Origin: an uncultured Zetaproteobacteria bacterium
Lineage (GTDB): Bacteria; Pseudomonadota; Zetaproteobacteria; Mariprofundales; S012-25
Direction: 5' to 3'
Assembly: GCA_964614395.1 (NCBI GenBank)
Contig: CAZTLD010000001.1
Coordinates: forward strand, 1 to 25,572
DNA length: 25,572 nt
Part shown: positions 1-9,057 of the stretch, one piece after another
Layout: each line of letters begins with the position of its first letter
How positions within the stretch are numbered: the stretch's first letter is position 1
Notes under the pieces: generated by a model
Told to the model about the DNA's origin: nothing
What the model saw: the letters and a program-made list of their open reading frames with translations, nothing else
The model's database searches: none
Position numbers and translations under genes: made by a program

Positions 1-1
1 G

Positions 2-583
2 CTCGGCGAGTTCGCCTATGTGCGGCAACGCAAACCCCTGGGGCTGGGGCATGCGGTGCTTGCGGCGCGCGCATGGATCGGGAACGAGCCGTTTGCGGTG
101 TTGCTCGCCGACGATTTGATCCTCGGCGCATCCGTATCCGCCACGGCGCAGCTTCTCGAAGTCTACCGGCAGACCGGCTGCAGCGTGGTGGGGCTGATGG
201 AGGTGCCGGAAAGCGAAGTCGTGCACTACGGCATCGCCGAGGTGAGGCAAGACGACGGGCGGCTTCGCATCATCAACCTCGTGGAAAAGCCCGCGCCCGA
301 TGAGGCGCCGTCGCGCTATGCGGTGATCGGCCGCTATGTGCTGACGCCAGACGTGCTGGCGTTGCTTGCGGACACGCCACCCGGGCGCGGCGGCGAGATC
401 CAGCTTACGGACGCGCTGGCGATGCTTGCGCGCACGCAACCCGTCTACGGCGTGCTCATCGAAGGGGAACGGTTCGATGTGGGCACGCCCGCAGGTTTCT
501 TGCTCGCCAACGCGGTGCTCGCGCTGCGCGATCCGCGCTACCGACCGCTGCTGGAACCCCGGCTGCGCAGGGAACTGGAATGA
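2..583 (+). CDS. galU: UTP--glucose-1-phosphate uridylyltransferase, 5'-truncated by the window edge
   Basis: Frame is open from position 2 (LGEFAYVRQRKPLGLGHAVL). Motifs QxxPLGLGHAV, FAVLLxDD, VEKP, GRYVL, GEIQLTDAL and RFDVG are present. Stop TGA 581-583. Confidence 0.92.
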   Translation, partial: LGEFAYVRQRKPLGLGHAVLAARAWIGNEPFAVLLADDLILGASVSATAQLLEVYRQTGCSVVGLMEVPESEVVHYGIAEVRQDDGRLRIINLVEKPAPDEAPSRYAVIGRYVLTPDVLALLADTPPGRGGEIQLTDALAMLARTQPVYGVLIEGERFDVGTPAGFLLANAVLALRDPRYRPLLEPRLRRELE

Positions 584-1194
584 ACGTGCTCGCATGGGAC
601 ATGGCCGAGCGCAGCGCGCCGGCCTTGGTGCTCTACGCCCAAGGGCGGATCTGGAGCCGCAGCTGGCCGGCCACGCGCCCACCGTCGGAGGAACTGGAAG
701 CGATGGTGCGCGCGCTCACCCAGGCCGCGGGCGTGCGTTTGTCTGAGATCAGCGCGCTCGTCGTCGGGGTAGGCCCGGGGTCATTCACCGGCATTCGCAT
801 CGCCTGCGCCTTCGCGTCAGGGCTTGCGCTCGCGCTTGATGTGCCGGTGCATCCGATCTCGTCGCTCGCGATCACCGCTGCGCAAGCGGGCACAAACGGC
901 CCGGTGCTGGCCGTGGCCGATGCGCGGGCAGGGCTTGCCTACCGCGGCGTCTGGCAAGGCTTGCGCTGCGTGGAGGAAGACCGCTGCGTCCCGATCGAGG
1001 AAACGCCCGATCGTCCGTTTGCCGCGCTTTCGGCGCCGGCGGCATGGGCGCATCTTCCGCGCCTGGCCATCGCGCGCCCGCGAACGGAAGCGCTGGCGTC
1101 GCTGATCCCCCAGGCGCTGGCCGAGGTGCCGCCGGTGCGCTTTCCCAGGCCGCGGTACCTGCAGCCCTCGCAGGCGGAGCGCGATGCCGCCTAA
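580..1194 (+). CDS. tsaB: tRNA t6A biosynthesis protein TsaB (YeaZ)
   Basis: VGVGPGSFTGIRIA signature, DARxG motif and C-terminal PxYL. ATGA overlap with the galU stop. Confidence 0.9.
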   Translation: MNVLAWDMAERSAPALVLYAQGRIWSRSWPATRPPSEELEAMVRALTQAAGVRLSEISALVVGVGPGSFTGIRIACAFASGLALALDVPVHPISSLAITAAQAGTNGPVLAVADARAGLAYRGVWQGLRCVEEDRCVPIEETPDRPFAALSAPAAWAHLPRLAIARPRTEALASLIPQALAEVPPVRFPRPRYLQPSQAERDAA

Positions 1195-1660
1195 GCGCGT
1201 GCTGTTCGTGTGCCTCGGCAACATCTGCCGCTCGCCGCTTGCGTGGGCGCTGGCGCAGCAAGAAGCCGCACGTTTGGGATTGGATAATCGCCTCACGTTC
1301 GGCTCCGCCGGCCTCGGCGATTGGCACATCGGCAAGCCCGCCGATCCGCGCGCCCGTGCGGCGGCGCGCCGCCACGGGCTGGATCTGCGCGCCCACCGCG
1401 CACGCCAGCTTCGCTCGGAAGACCGCGCCCGCTGGGATGTCTTCGTGCCGATGGACGCCGACAACAAAGCCGGGCTCCTAGCCATGGGCATTCCGGCGAG
1501 CAAGATCGTCATGATGCGCGCCCCGGAAAGCGGCGATCCCCATCAGGCACCGGATGTTCCCGACCCCTATTGGGGCGATGAGGCCGCCTTCGAGGCGGTG
1601 CTTATGATCCTGCGCGCGGATATGGAGCCGCTTTTGCGCGATTGGCTAGCCGCCGAATAG
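1184..1660 (+). CDS. Low-molecular-weight protein-tyrosine phosphatase
   Basis: P-loop VCLGNICRSP, SAG..WHIG..AD.R segment and general-acid loop DVPDPYWG. Confidence 0.92.
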   Translation: MPPKRVLFVCLGNICRSPLAWALAQQEAARLGLDNRLTFGSAGLGDWHIGKPADPRARAAARRHGLDLRAHRARQLRSEDRARWDVFVPMDADNKAGLLAMGIPASKIVMMRAPESGDPHQAPDVPDPYWGDEAAFEAVLMILRADMEPLLRDWLAAE

Positions 1661-2008
1661 CGCGGCGAGCTTCTCGGCAGGCCTTGCCAGCACCGCGCGC
1701 CTGCCATCCACGATCACGATCGGGCGTTCGATGAGCTTCGGATGCGCGCTCATCAACGCGATCTTTTCCTCCTCGCTCAACGCCCGGCCGCGCACGAGCT
1801 CCTTGTACTCCTTTTCCTGCTTGCGCATCAGCGCTTCCGCCGTCATCCCCAGCAGCGCAAGCACGCGCGCAAGCTCCTCCGGCGTGGGCGGATCCTTGAG
1901 ATAAAGCCGAATGCTCGGCTCGATCCCGTGCGCTTTAAGCCATTGCAGCGCCTCGCGCGACTTGCGGCAGCGCGGGTTATGCCAGATCTCCACCTGCGGT
2001 TTCGTCAT
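1646..2008 (-). CDS. arsC: Arsenate reductase, glutaredoxin-dependent ArsC family
   Basis: N-terminal HNPRCRKSR, LMRK, LIERPIV and LARP motifs. GGAGG Shine-Dalgarno upstream of ATG 2008. Confidence 0.85.
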   Translation of the reverse strand: MTKPQVEIWHNPRCRKSREALQWLKAHGIEPSIRLYLKDPPTPEELARVLALLGMTAEALMRKQEKEYKELVRGRALSEEEKIALMSAHPKLIERPIVIVDGRRAVLARPAEKLAALFGG

Positions 2009-4082
2009 CGAGCACCTCCAGTTGCGCGTATTTCCACATCAGCCGCTTGATCCCGTGCCGATCGAAGCTCACCGTGACGCGAAGCCCGTCGCCCACGCCT
2101 TCGGTGCCCAGCAGCACGCCCAGCCCGAAGCTCGGATGCCGAACGCGCGCGCCTGCGGGCACCGATGCGGGTTGGATGGCCTTGGGACGCTCGATGCGCC
2201 GTTCCAGCAACCCTTCCGGCAGCCCCTGCAGAAACCGCGACGGGCGGCTGAGAAAAAACCCGTCGAAGCCGCGGCGCATGCGCGCGCTGGTGATCAAAAG
2301 CCGCTCCTTGGCCCGCGTAATCCCCACATAGAACAACCGCCGCTCCTCGGCGATGCTCTCCGGGCCTTCCTCGATCGCGCGCTGATGCGGCAAAAGCCCC
2401 TCCTCGACGCCTGCGATCGCCACCGCGGTAAACTCCAAGCCCTTTGCTCGGTGAAGCGTCGTCACCGTGACTTGTGCGCCCTCCGGCGTCTCTTCGCGGG
2501 AGAGAAGGCTTGCGCGGTCGAGAACCTCCTGCGGGCGCGCGCCCGCCGCGATGTGCTCCTCGATGAACGCGCGCAACGTGCGCAGGTTCTCGATGCGCGT
2601 TTCCGCCTCCGCCTCGCCTTCCGCGGCGAGCATCGCAAAGTAGCCCACCTCCTCCAAGATCGGCCAAAGCCCCCGATCCGCCCGGGCGGAGGCCTGTTCG
2701 CGCACCTTCGCCACCGCCTCAGCCAGCGGAACCAGCTTTTTCAGCGCGCCGGCCGGAGGGCTTGCGCGCAGCGCATCCAGCCATGCCGCGGGCGTGCCGG
2801 AAAACGCCGCCAGCGCCTCCTCCAGCGCCGCCAGGGTCTTCGGCCCCACGCCGCGGCGCGGCTTATTGGCCACGCGCAGCAATTGCCACGCATCGGCGCA
2901 ACCGTTCACCAGCGCCCAGTAAGCCAGCGCGTCCTTGACCTCCATGCGCTCGAAAAAGCCCAAGCCCCCGAGGATGCGATACGGAATCCCCTGCCTGCGC
3001 AGCGCCTCTTCGATCGGCAGCGACTGCCGGTGGGAGCGGTAGAGCACCGCCACCTCTTCCGCCGGAATGCCGTCCGCCAAAGCCTTGGCGACGAACGCCG
3101 CAATCGCCTCGGCCTCGGCATGATCGTCGCGGCACTCGCGCCAGACGGGCCGCGTCCCTTCGCCTTTGACCGCGACGAGCTCCTTCGGATGGCGCGCTTC
3201 GTTGGCGGCGATCACGGCGTTGGCCAACGAAAGGATCGCCTGCGTGGAGCGGTAGTTCGTTTGCAGCCGATAGACGCGCGCGCCCGGAAACAGCCGCTCG
3301 AACTCCAGGATGTGATGCAGCTTCGCGCCGCGCCAGCCGTAGATGCTCTGATCGTCGTCGCCGACGACGGTGAGATTGCCGTGCTCGCGGCACAGCTCCA
3401 CGAGCCACAGGTGCTGCGCGGGGTTCGTATCCTGATATTCGTCCACGAGCACATGATCGAACATCGCGCGGATCGCCGCCGCAGGGCCCGGCTGTTCGCG
3501 AAGGAGCCTGATGACATTCAAAATGAGATCGGAAAAGTCCATGCGCTTGAGTGCGAAAAGCTCGGCCTGATACGCGGCATAAAGCTCATTCAACGCCACG
3601 CCGTTGAGCGCATCCTGCGGAGCGTCTTCGGGGAAAAGCGCGGCGTTCTTGCAGCGCTCGATCCATGCGCGCAGATACTGGGGCGAGACGCGCTCGGCCG
3701 GGATGTTCTTCGCCCGCAGCACGCGACGGCAGACGGTGAGCTGATCATCCGCATCCAAGACCTGAAAGTCGCGGGGATACCCGAGCGCATCGGCGAAGCG
3801 GCGCAAGATCCGCAGCGACACGGCGTGAAAGGTGCCCGAGACCACCCCGCCTGCATCGTCGCCGATCATCTGCGTAAGCCGCGTTTTCAGCTCCTCGGCG
3901 GCCTTGTTCGTGAAGGTCACGGCGAGAATCCGATGCGGCGCGATCCCGCGCTCGGCGATCAGAAAAGCTACGCGATGCACGATCGTGCGCGTCTTGCCCG
4001 TGCCGGCGCCCGCAAGGATCAACACCGGCCCGTCCGGCGCCCGCACCGCGGCCCGCTGCTCGGGATTCAGCGCTTCGCTCAC
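1977..4082 (-). CDS. uvrD: UvrD/PcrA superfamily 1 DNA helicase
   Basis: LNPEQ, AGAGTGKT (Walker A), TFTNKAA, VDEYQDTN, VGDDDQSIYGWRGA, NYRS, TLHRAKGLEF and EERRLFYVGITRA. C-terminal Tudor-like domain (RVRHPSFGLG). GTG start overlaps the clc stop (GTGA). Confidence 0.95.
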   Translation of the reverse strand: MSEALNPEQRAAVRAPDGPVLILAGAGTGKTRTIVHRVAFLIAERGIAPHRILAVTFTNKAAEELKTRLTQMIGDDAGGVVSGTFHAVSLRILRRFADALGYPRDFQVLDADDQLTVCRRVLRAKNIPAERVSPQYLRAWIERCKNAALFPEDAPQDALNGVALNELYAAYQAELFALKRMDFSDLILNVIRLLREQPGPAAAIRAMFDHVLVDEYQDTNPAQHLWLVELCREHGNLTVVGDDDQSIYGWRGAKLHHILEFERLFPGARVYRLQTNYRSTQAILSLANAVIAANEARHPKELVAVKGEGTRPVWRECRDDHAEAEAIAAFVAKALADGIPAEEVAVLYRSHRQSLPIEEALRRQGIPYRILGGLGFFERMEVKDALAYWALVNGCADAWQLLRVANKPRRGVGPKTLAALEEALAAFSGTPAAWLDALRASPPAGALKKLVPLAEAVAKVREQASARADRGLWPILEEVGYFAMLAAEGEAEAETRIENLRTLRAFIEEHIAAGARPQEVLDRASLLSREETPEGAQVTVTTLHRAKGLEFTAVAIAGVEEGLLPHQRAIEEGPESIAEERRLFYVGITRAKERLLITSARMRRGFDGFFLSRPSRFLQGLPEGLLERRIERPKAIQPASVPAGARVRHPSFGLGVLLGTEGVGDGLRVTVSFDRHGIKRLMWKYAQLEVLDDETAGGDLA

Positions 4083-5875
4083 TGCGCCTCCCCGTGCTGC
4101 ACGATGAGCCGGTGATAGGTGGAGAACACCGCATTGCGCGAGAGGATCCCCAAAGGCTTTCTCGGATCCTTGTCCGAGACGACGATCAGTTGCTCGAACA
4201 CCTCCTGATCAAAGACGCGGATCGCGTCCAGAAGGGAATCGCTTTCGCGGATCGTGCGCACATGCCGGTTGCAGATATCGGCGGCGGAAAGCCCTTGGTT
4301 CTCGCCTTTGTCCAAAAGATGCGGCTGCAGATCGGAAAAGGTGACGATCCCGACAAGCTTTCCTTCCCCGTCCAATACGCCCACCACGCCCTTGCCGGAA
4401 CGCACATACACTTCTTTGACCTCTTCAAGCGGCGCGTCTTCCGCCACCGTGGGAAGCGAGCGCCACGGAATCCGCCGCACCGAAACGGCGCGCAGCCACG
4501 CGCGCTCCACGCCGCCCTCCGTTTCGATCCCGCGCGCGATCAATGCCTCGGTGAACACCGACGCGCGGGAAAGCCTTCTGGCCACGAGTGTCGCGACGAC
4601 CGTGGCCAGCATCAGCGGCAGCATGATGTGGTAATCCGCAGTCATCTCGAACACCATCAGCATCGTCGTCAGCGGCGCGTGCATCGCAGCCCCCGTGAGC
4701 GCGGCGCACCCCACGAGCGCATAGGCGCCATAGGACTCCGTCCACAACGGCGCCGCCGCATGCGCCGCCGCGCCGATCGCGGCACCGATCGTCGCGCCCA
4801 GAAACAACGACGGCCCCAAGAGCCCGCCGGGCAACCCGCCCGCAACCGAGATCACCGTCGCCGCGAACTTCATCGCCAAAAGCAACCCAAGAAACGCCAC
4901 AAGCGGCACCTGCCAGCCGAAAATCTGGGGGTCGAGCTCTTCCAGCATCATTTGCTCCACGACCCCGTAGCCGATGGAGACGGCCTGCGGAAGCACGATC
5001 CCAATGATCCCCACGCACAGCCCCGCAAGCGGCGCGCGCACGCGCACGTCCGGCGCAAGCTTCGCCGCCTTCGCGCGCAGATCGCCCAACATCCGAATCC
5101 ATGCCGCGGCCACAAGCCCGCTTGCAAGCCCAATCGCCAAGTACACGAGCATTTCGCCCGCGCTGATCAAGTGATATTCCGGCACCATGAACGCGGGAAA
5201 GTCCCCGATCACGGCGCGCGAGATGATCGTCGCGATCACCGCTGAGATCACGATCGGCGTGAATGTCGCGATGGCAAAGTCGTGCAGAATGACCTCCACC
5301 GCAAACAGCACGCCAGCAATCGGCGTGTTGAACGACGCCGCAATTCCCGCCGCCACGCCACAGCCCACGAGGATTCTCGCCTCGGCCTCGGCAAACCTAA
5401 ACCAACGCGCAAGCTCCGAGGCGAGCGCCGCCCCGATCGCCACGGTCGGCCCTTCGCGCCCAAGGCTTACGCCGCTGCCGATCGCCAAAGGAGCCGCCAC
5501 GCCGTCCGTGATCCACTGGCGGCGGTCGATGCGCGCAGCGCGCTCCAATACATCCGCGATCACGCCGGGCACGCCGCGCAGACCGCCGGCCGGCATCACG
5601 CGGTGCATGATCCAGCCGATGATGACCCCAGCCAGCGTCGGCGCAGCCAGATACACCCACCACGGCGTGGCGCCGATCGCCTGATCCCACTCTGGCGCCT
5701 GCACCCAGAAATCCGTCACCAACTCGATCATCTTGCGGATCGCGATCGCCGCATACGCGCCAGCGAATCCAAGCGGGACGGCAAGCACAGCAAGCTTGAG
5801 CGCCTCATCCCGCCCCCAAACCCGCGCCCGTCGCCGCCACAGCCGCCAGAACTTGACAACCCCTTTCGCGCCCAT
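4079..5875 (-). CDS. ClC-family chloride channel/transporter with C-terminal CBS domains
   Basis: GREGP, CGVAAGIAASFNTPIAGVLFAVE, GGLLGPSLFLGA and MVFEMTADY motifs, many TM helices, and a CBS pair (GKLVGIVT, PLGILSR). Confidence 0.92.
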   Translation of the reverse strand: MGAKGVVKFWRLWRRRARVWGRDEALKLAVLAVPLGFAGAYAAIAIRKMIELVTDFWVQAPEWDQAIGATPWWVYLAAPTLAGVIIGWIMHRVMPAGGLRGVPGVIADVLERAARIDRRQWITDGVAAPLAIGSGVSLGREGPTVAIGAALASELARWFRFAEAEARILVGCGVAAGIAASFNTPIAGVLFAVEVILHDFAIATFTPIVISAVIATIISRAVIGDFPAFMVPEYHLISAGEMLVYLAIGLASGLVAAAWIRMLGDLRAKAAKLAPDVRVRAPLAGLCVGIIGIVLPQAVSIGYGVVEQMMLEELDPQIFGWQVPLVAFLGLLLAMKFAATVISVAGGLPGGLLGPSLFLGATIGAAIGAAAHAAAPLWTESYGAYALVGCAALTGAAMHAPLTTMLMVFEMTADYHIMLPLMLATVVATLVARRLSRASVFTEALIARGIETEGGVERAWLRAVSVRRIPWRSLPTVAEDAPLEEVKEVYVRSGKGVVGVLDGEGKLVGIVTFSDLQPHLLDKGENQGLSAADICNRHVRTIRESDSLLDAIRVFDQEVFEQLIVVSDKDPRKPLGILSRNAVFSTYHRLIVQHGEAQ

Positions 5876-5923
5876 CGCAAAGATCCTATCGCCCCGCTGA
5901 AAACCCGCCTAGCGTTCCCGCCG

Positions 5924-6862
5924 ATGATCTCAACCCTTACCGCGATGTTCATCCCGATGCTGATCGGGATCGGGCTGCGCTGGGCGCTGGGACGCGCGCA
6001 GGCTGAGCTGGAGCGCGGAGCGCTCGCCCGCATGGTCTACCGCGTGTTCCTGCCCGCGCTGGTGCTCGACCGATTATGGACAGGCGAGCTTTCCTCGGCC
6101 CATGCGTACCTTCCGCTGATTTCGGCGTTGTGCGTACTGACAAGCCTCGTGCTTGCGGCGTGGATTTTTGCCTCGCGCTTCTGGCCGCGCGTCCGCATTC
6201 GGCTTTCCCGCCCCACGCAAGGGGCGCTGATCCTCGCCGCCAGCTTCGGCAACTTCACCTATCTGGGGCTTCCGGTGCTCGTGCACAGCTTCGGCGATCC
6301 CGCCGCAACGATCGCCATCGCCTTCGATCTCATGGCTTCCACGCCGCTGCTGCTCACCCTGGGGCTTTGGATCGCCGCTGCTCATGGACGCGCGCCGGCT
6401 CGCGAAAGGCAAGGGCTTCGCGAGCTTGTGCGCTCCCCGCCTCTCTGGGCGCTCTTTGCGGGTCTTGCGCTGCACTTCGGCGAGGTGCCGCACCCGAAAG
6501 CGGTGGGGCTTGCGCTTTCCGTGCTGGCTGGCGCGGTATCCCCGCTGATGCTCGTGGCCGTCGGCATGGCGCTTTCGTGGCGGGGGCTTACGCGCGCCGA
6601 CTGGCTGCCGCTTGCCGTCGTCGTTTGCATCCAGCTTGTCTGGATGCCAGCCGTGGCATGGCTGGCGAGCCTCTGGCTTCCGATCCCGGAAACGTGGCGC
6701 GGGCCGATCGTCGTGGAGGCTGCGATGCCCACGATGATCCTGGGACTCGCCATCTGCGACCGCTTCAAGCTCAACAGCGCGATCTACGCCGAGGCCGTGA
6801 CGCTCACCACGATCATCGCGCTTGCCGCGATCCCCGCCTGGGTTGCATTCGCGCAAGGCTAG
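5924..6862 (+). CDS. AEC (auxin efflux carrier-like) family membrane transporter
   Basis: About 10 hydrophobic helices with FLPAL, SFGNFTYLGLPV, P..WAL..G and EAAMPT motifs. Start taken at ATG 5924 because the upstream part of the ORF is antisense to clc. Confidence 0.82.
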   Translation: MISTLTAMFIPMLIGIGLRWALGRAQAELERGALARMVYRVFLPALVLDRLWTGELSSAHAYLPLISALCVLTSLVLAAWIFASRFWPRVRIRLSRPTQGALILAASFGNFTYLGLPVLVHSFGDPAATIAIAFDLMASTPLLLTLGLWIAAAHGRAPARERQGLRELVRSPPLWALFAGLALHFGEVPHPKAVGLALSVLAGAVSPLMLVAVGMALSWRGLTRADWLPLAVVVCIQLVWMPAVAWLASLWLPIPETWRGPIVVEAAMPTMILGLAICDRFKLNSAIYAEAVTLTTIIALAAIPAWVAFAQG

Positions 6863-6900
6863 GCGCATCTTCGCGCACACATCGCTCAAGGAGGCGGAGC

Positions 6901-7458
6901 ATGTTTTCGGCCGATCGCATGATGCAGACATTTTTTCCGACCTTGGCGGAAGTGATCGCGAAACCCGTGGATTTCTTCAAGAAAATGCCGCGGACAGCTT
7001 ATTACAAGGACTGCTTGCTTTATATTCTGATCATTTTTGTGCTTGAAAGCGTCGTCGCGATTCCGTATTCAAAGTTTTCGCTGATGTTCCTGCTGCCCGC
7101 GTATGCGATCGCGATGCTCGTCTGGCTATGGGTTTGGGCGAGCCTCATGGGTGCGTTCGCGCGCAGCCTCGGCTCGTGGCTGACGACCGTGAATGCGTTC
7201 CAGATCGCGGCCTACGCCGCAACCCCGTGGATCCTTGCGCCCTGGCCGTGGCTGACGATCCCGACGATGCTGTGGTTCGTGGCGCTGAACTGGCTTGGGC
7301 TCGTGCATCTTGGGAAGCTTTCCGCGTCGAAGGCTGCGATCGTGGCAGGCATCTTGGGCATTGTGCTTGCGCTTCCCACCGGTTGGGCGGAAATGCAGAT
7401 CTTTCATCTCATGCCGAAGCTGCCGGCGCTGCTCGGCGGGCAGCCGCATGGCGCATAG
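6901..7458 (+). CDS. Yip1-domain-like multi-pass membrane protein (function unknown)
   Basis: AAGGAGG Shine-Dalgarno 6 nt before ATG 6901. N-terminal KPxDFFxxM, about 5 TM segments and an AYAATP motif typical of bacterial Yip1-like proteins. Confidence 0.62.
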   Translation: MFSADRMMQTFFPTLAEVIAKPVDFFKKMPRTAYYKDCLLYILIIFVLESVVAIPYSKFSLMFLLPAYAIAMLVWLWVWASLMGAFARSLGSWLTTVNAFQIAAYAATPWILAPWPWLTIPTMLWFVALNWLGLVHLGKLSASKAAIVAGILGIVLALPTGWAEMQIFHLMPKLPALLGGQPHGA

Positions 7459-7891
7459 GCTTCCGCGCGTGGAGATCTATGTGGACGGCGCCTGCAGCGG
7501 CAACCCCGGGCCTGGCGGCTGGGCGGCGATCCTGCGCTGGCAGGGCAAGGAAAAGGTCCTCACCGGCGGCGAGGCGCGCACCACGAACCAACGCATGGAG
7601 CTGACCGCGGCCGTGGCGGCGCTATCCGCGCTCAAACGCCCGGCCGAAGTGCACATCTATTCCGATTCTCAATACCTCGTGCGCGGCATGACCGAATGGC
7701 TGCCTAACTGGAAAAAAAGGGGTTGGAAGAACGCGGCGGGCGAGCCGGTCGCGAACCGCGATCTGTGGGAGAAGCTGGATGAGCTTGCCCACCTCCATCG
7801 CGTGCGCTGGGTTTGGATCCGCGGCCATGCTGGCCATCCGGACAACGAGCGTGCCGATGCGTTGGCCCGCCAGTCCATCCCCAAGCGCTAA
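7448..7891 (+). CDS. rnhA: Ribonuclease HI
   Basis: [34 protein letters not shown] and [15 protein letters not shown]. Confidence 0.96.
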   Translation: MAHRLPRVEIYVDGACSGNPGPGGWAAILRWQGKEKVLTGGEARTTNQRMELTAAVAALSALKRPAEVHIYSDSQYLVRGMTEWLPNWKKRGWKNAAGEPVANRDLWEKLDELAHLHRVRWVWIRGHAGHPDNERADALARQSIPKR

Positions 7892-9057
7892 AACGCCTGC
7901 ATCGTGCCGAGATACGCGCGCCACTTGCGGATGCTCACGCCATAAGCAATATCGAAGCGAATCGTGCCGCGCACAAGCCAGCGCAGCGTCCAGCGCACGC
8001 CTGCGCCCACCCCCCAGTGCACGCGCATCTTCCCCTGCCAGCCCACAAGCGCCGCATCCACAAAGGGCACGCCCTGCACATTTTCGTGCCCTCGCCACAA
8101 AAAGCGTCCTTCGAGGCTGGCCAGCGCATAGCTCGTAGCCGGCATCTCGCCAGGAAAGTAACCCCGCAGCCCGTTGCGGTGGCCGATATCCCAGCTTCCC
8201 AACGCCGCCCGATCGCCTTGGATCGCGCCTCCCTCAAGCCGCCAGGCCACCGTATCCCCCACCGCATTCAGCAACTGATAGCGCGCATAGCCGCCGGAAA
8301 GGTAGAGCCCGTAGTTCGTCCACCAAGTGGACGCCCACGCCCGCCAACCTCGATGCCAGTCCAAGTGCTCGTCGATCACCTCATCGCGCCATTCAAGCTG
8401 CGGGCCGAGCAGCCGGAATCCGTTGGCGTTCCACTGCGTGCGCCATCCGAGCGCGAAGCGGGCGCCCAGCTCCGGCGTGGGGCCAAGCGTCCGCTCGGCG
8501 GTGAGCGACCATCCTCGGCCTGCGGGATCTTTCCAGCCCTGAAGCTTCGCCGACCAATCCCCGCCCCCAATCCGGCGCATCCGATAGCTGGCGGACAACG
8601 ACTGCTCGCGCGTAAGCCGCGAGAAATTGCGCCCCGCATAGCGGCGCAGCTCCAAGCGCAGCGCATCGCCGCGCCCCCAGGCATTGTAGTCCTCAAGCAC
8701 CAACCCTAGATAGCTTTCGCCGTTGTCTTTGCGCGTGGCCGTGGGCACAAGCCACAGCGGCCAGCGATCCCGCGCGTACACGCGCACGACACCTGCCGCA
8801 TCCGGCGGCTCCACCCGCACCTCGCTGAACAAACCCGTGGCCATCAGCCGCCGGCGCGTCTCTTCCTGCCATTCCGGTTGCCAGGCATCGCCCGGCGCGA
8901 ACGGAAGCTCCCGCTTCACCATGGCGGCCTGCGTGTAGCGCAGGCCGAGCACTTCCACCTGCGCGATCCGCCCTTCGGCAGCCGCCGCCAGACAGGCTGC
9001 GCCTACGAGCAGCGCGGCCGCCAGGGGCCATCTTCGGTGATGATCTCGGTGATCCAT
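7888..9057 (-). CDS. Omp85-superfamily (BamA/TamA-like) outer-membrane protein with a single POTRA domain
   Basis: Signal peptide ([20 protein letters not shown]), POTRA ([18 protein letters not shown]....[12 protein letters not shown]), amphipathic beta-strands, loop-6 LRGY motif and C-terminal Phe. Confidence 0.78.
   Translation of the reverse strand: MDHRDHHRRWPLAAALLVGAACLAAAAEGRIAQVEVLGLRYTQAAMVKRELPFAPGDAWQPEWQEETRRRLMATGLFSEVRVEPPDAAGVVRVYARDRWPLWLVPTATRKDNGESYLGLVLEDYNAWGRGDALRLELRRYAGRNFSRLTREQSLSASYRMRRIGGGDWSAKLQGWKDPAGRGWSLTAERTLGPTPELGARFALGWRTQWNANGFRLLGPQLEWRDEVIDEHLDWHRGWRAWASTWWTNYGLYLSGGYARYQLLNAVGDTVAWRLEGGAIQGDRAALGSWDIGHRNGLRGYFPGEMPATSYALASLEGRFLWRGHENVQGVPFVDAALVGWQGKMRVHWGVGAGVRWTLRWLVRGTIRFDIAYGVSIRKWRAYLGTMQAF

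Noticed and set aside
1184-1660. LMW-PTP as a thioredoxin-type arsenate reductase or part of an ars operon
   Set aside because: It lacks the two resolving cysteines, keeps the PTP-type DPY loop, and there is no arsR, arsB or acr3 nearby.
1911-4115. Long antisense ORFs (e.g. 1911-4115, 12200-14083, 14150-16345, 19501-20895, 21553-22656, 22638-24134)
   Set aside because: They are shadows of well-supported genes on the opposite strand. They are Arg/Ala/His-rich with no recognisable motifs, as expected in GC-rich DNA.
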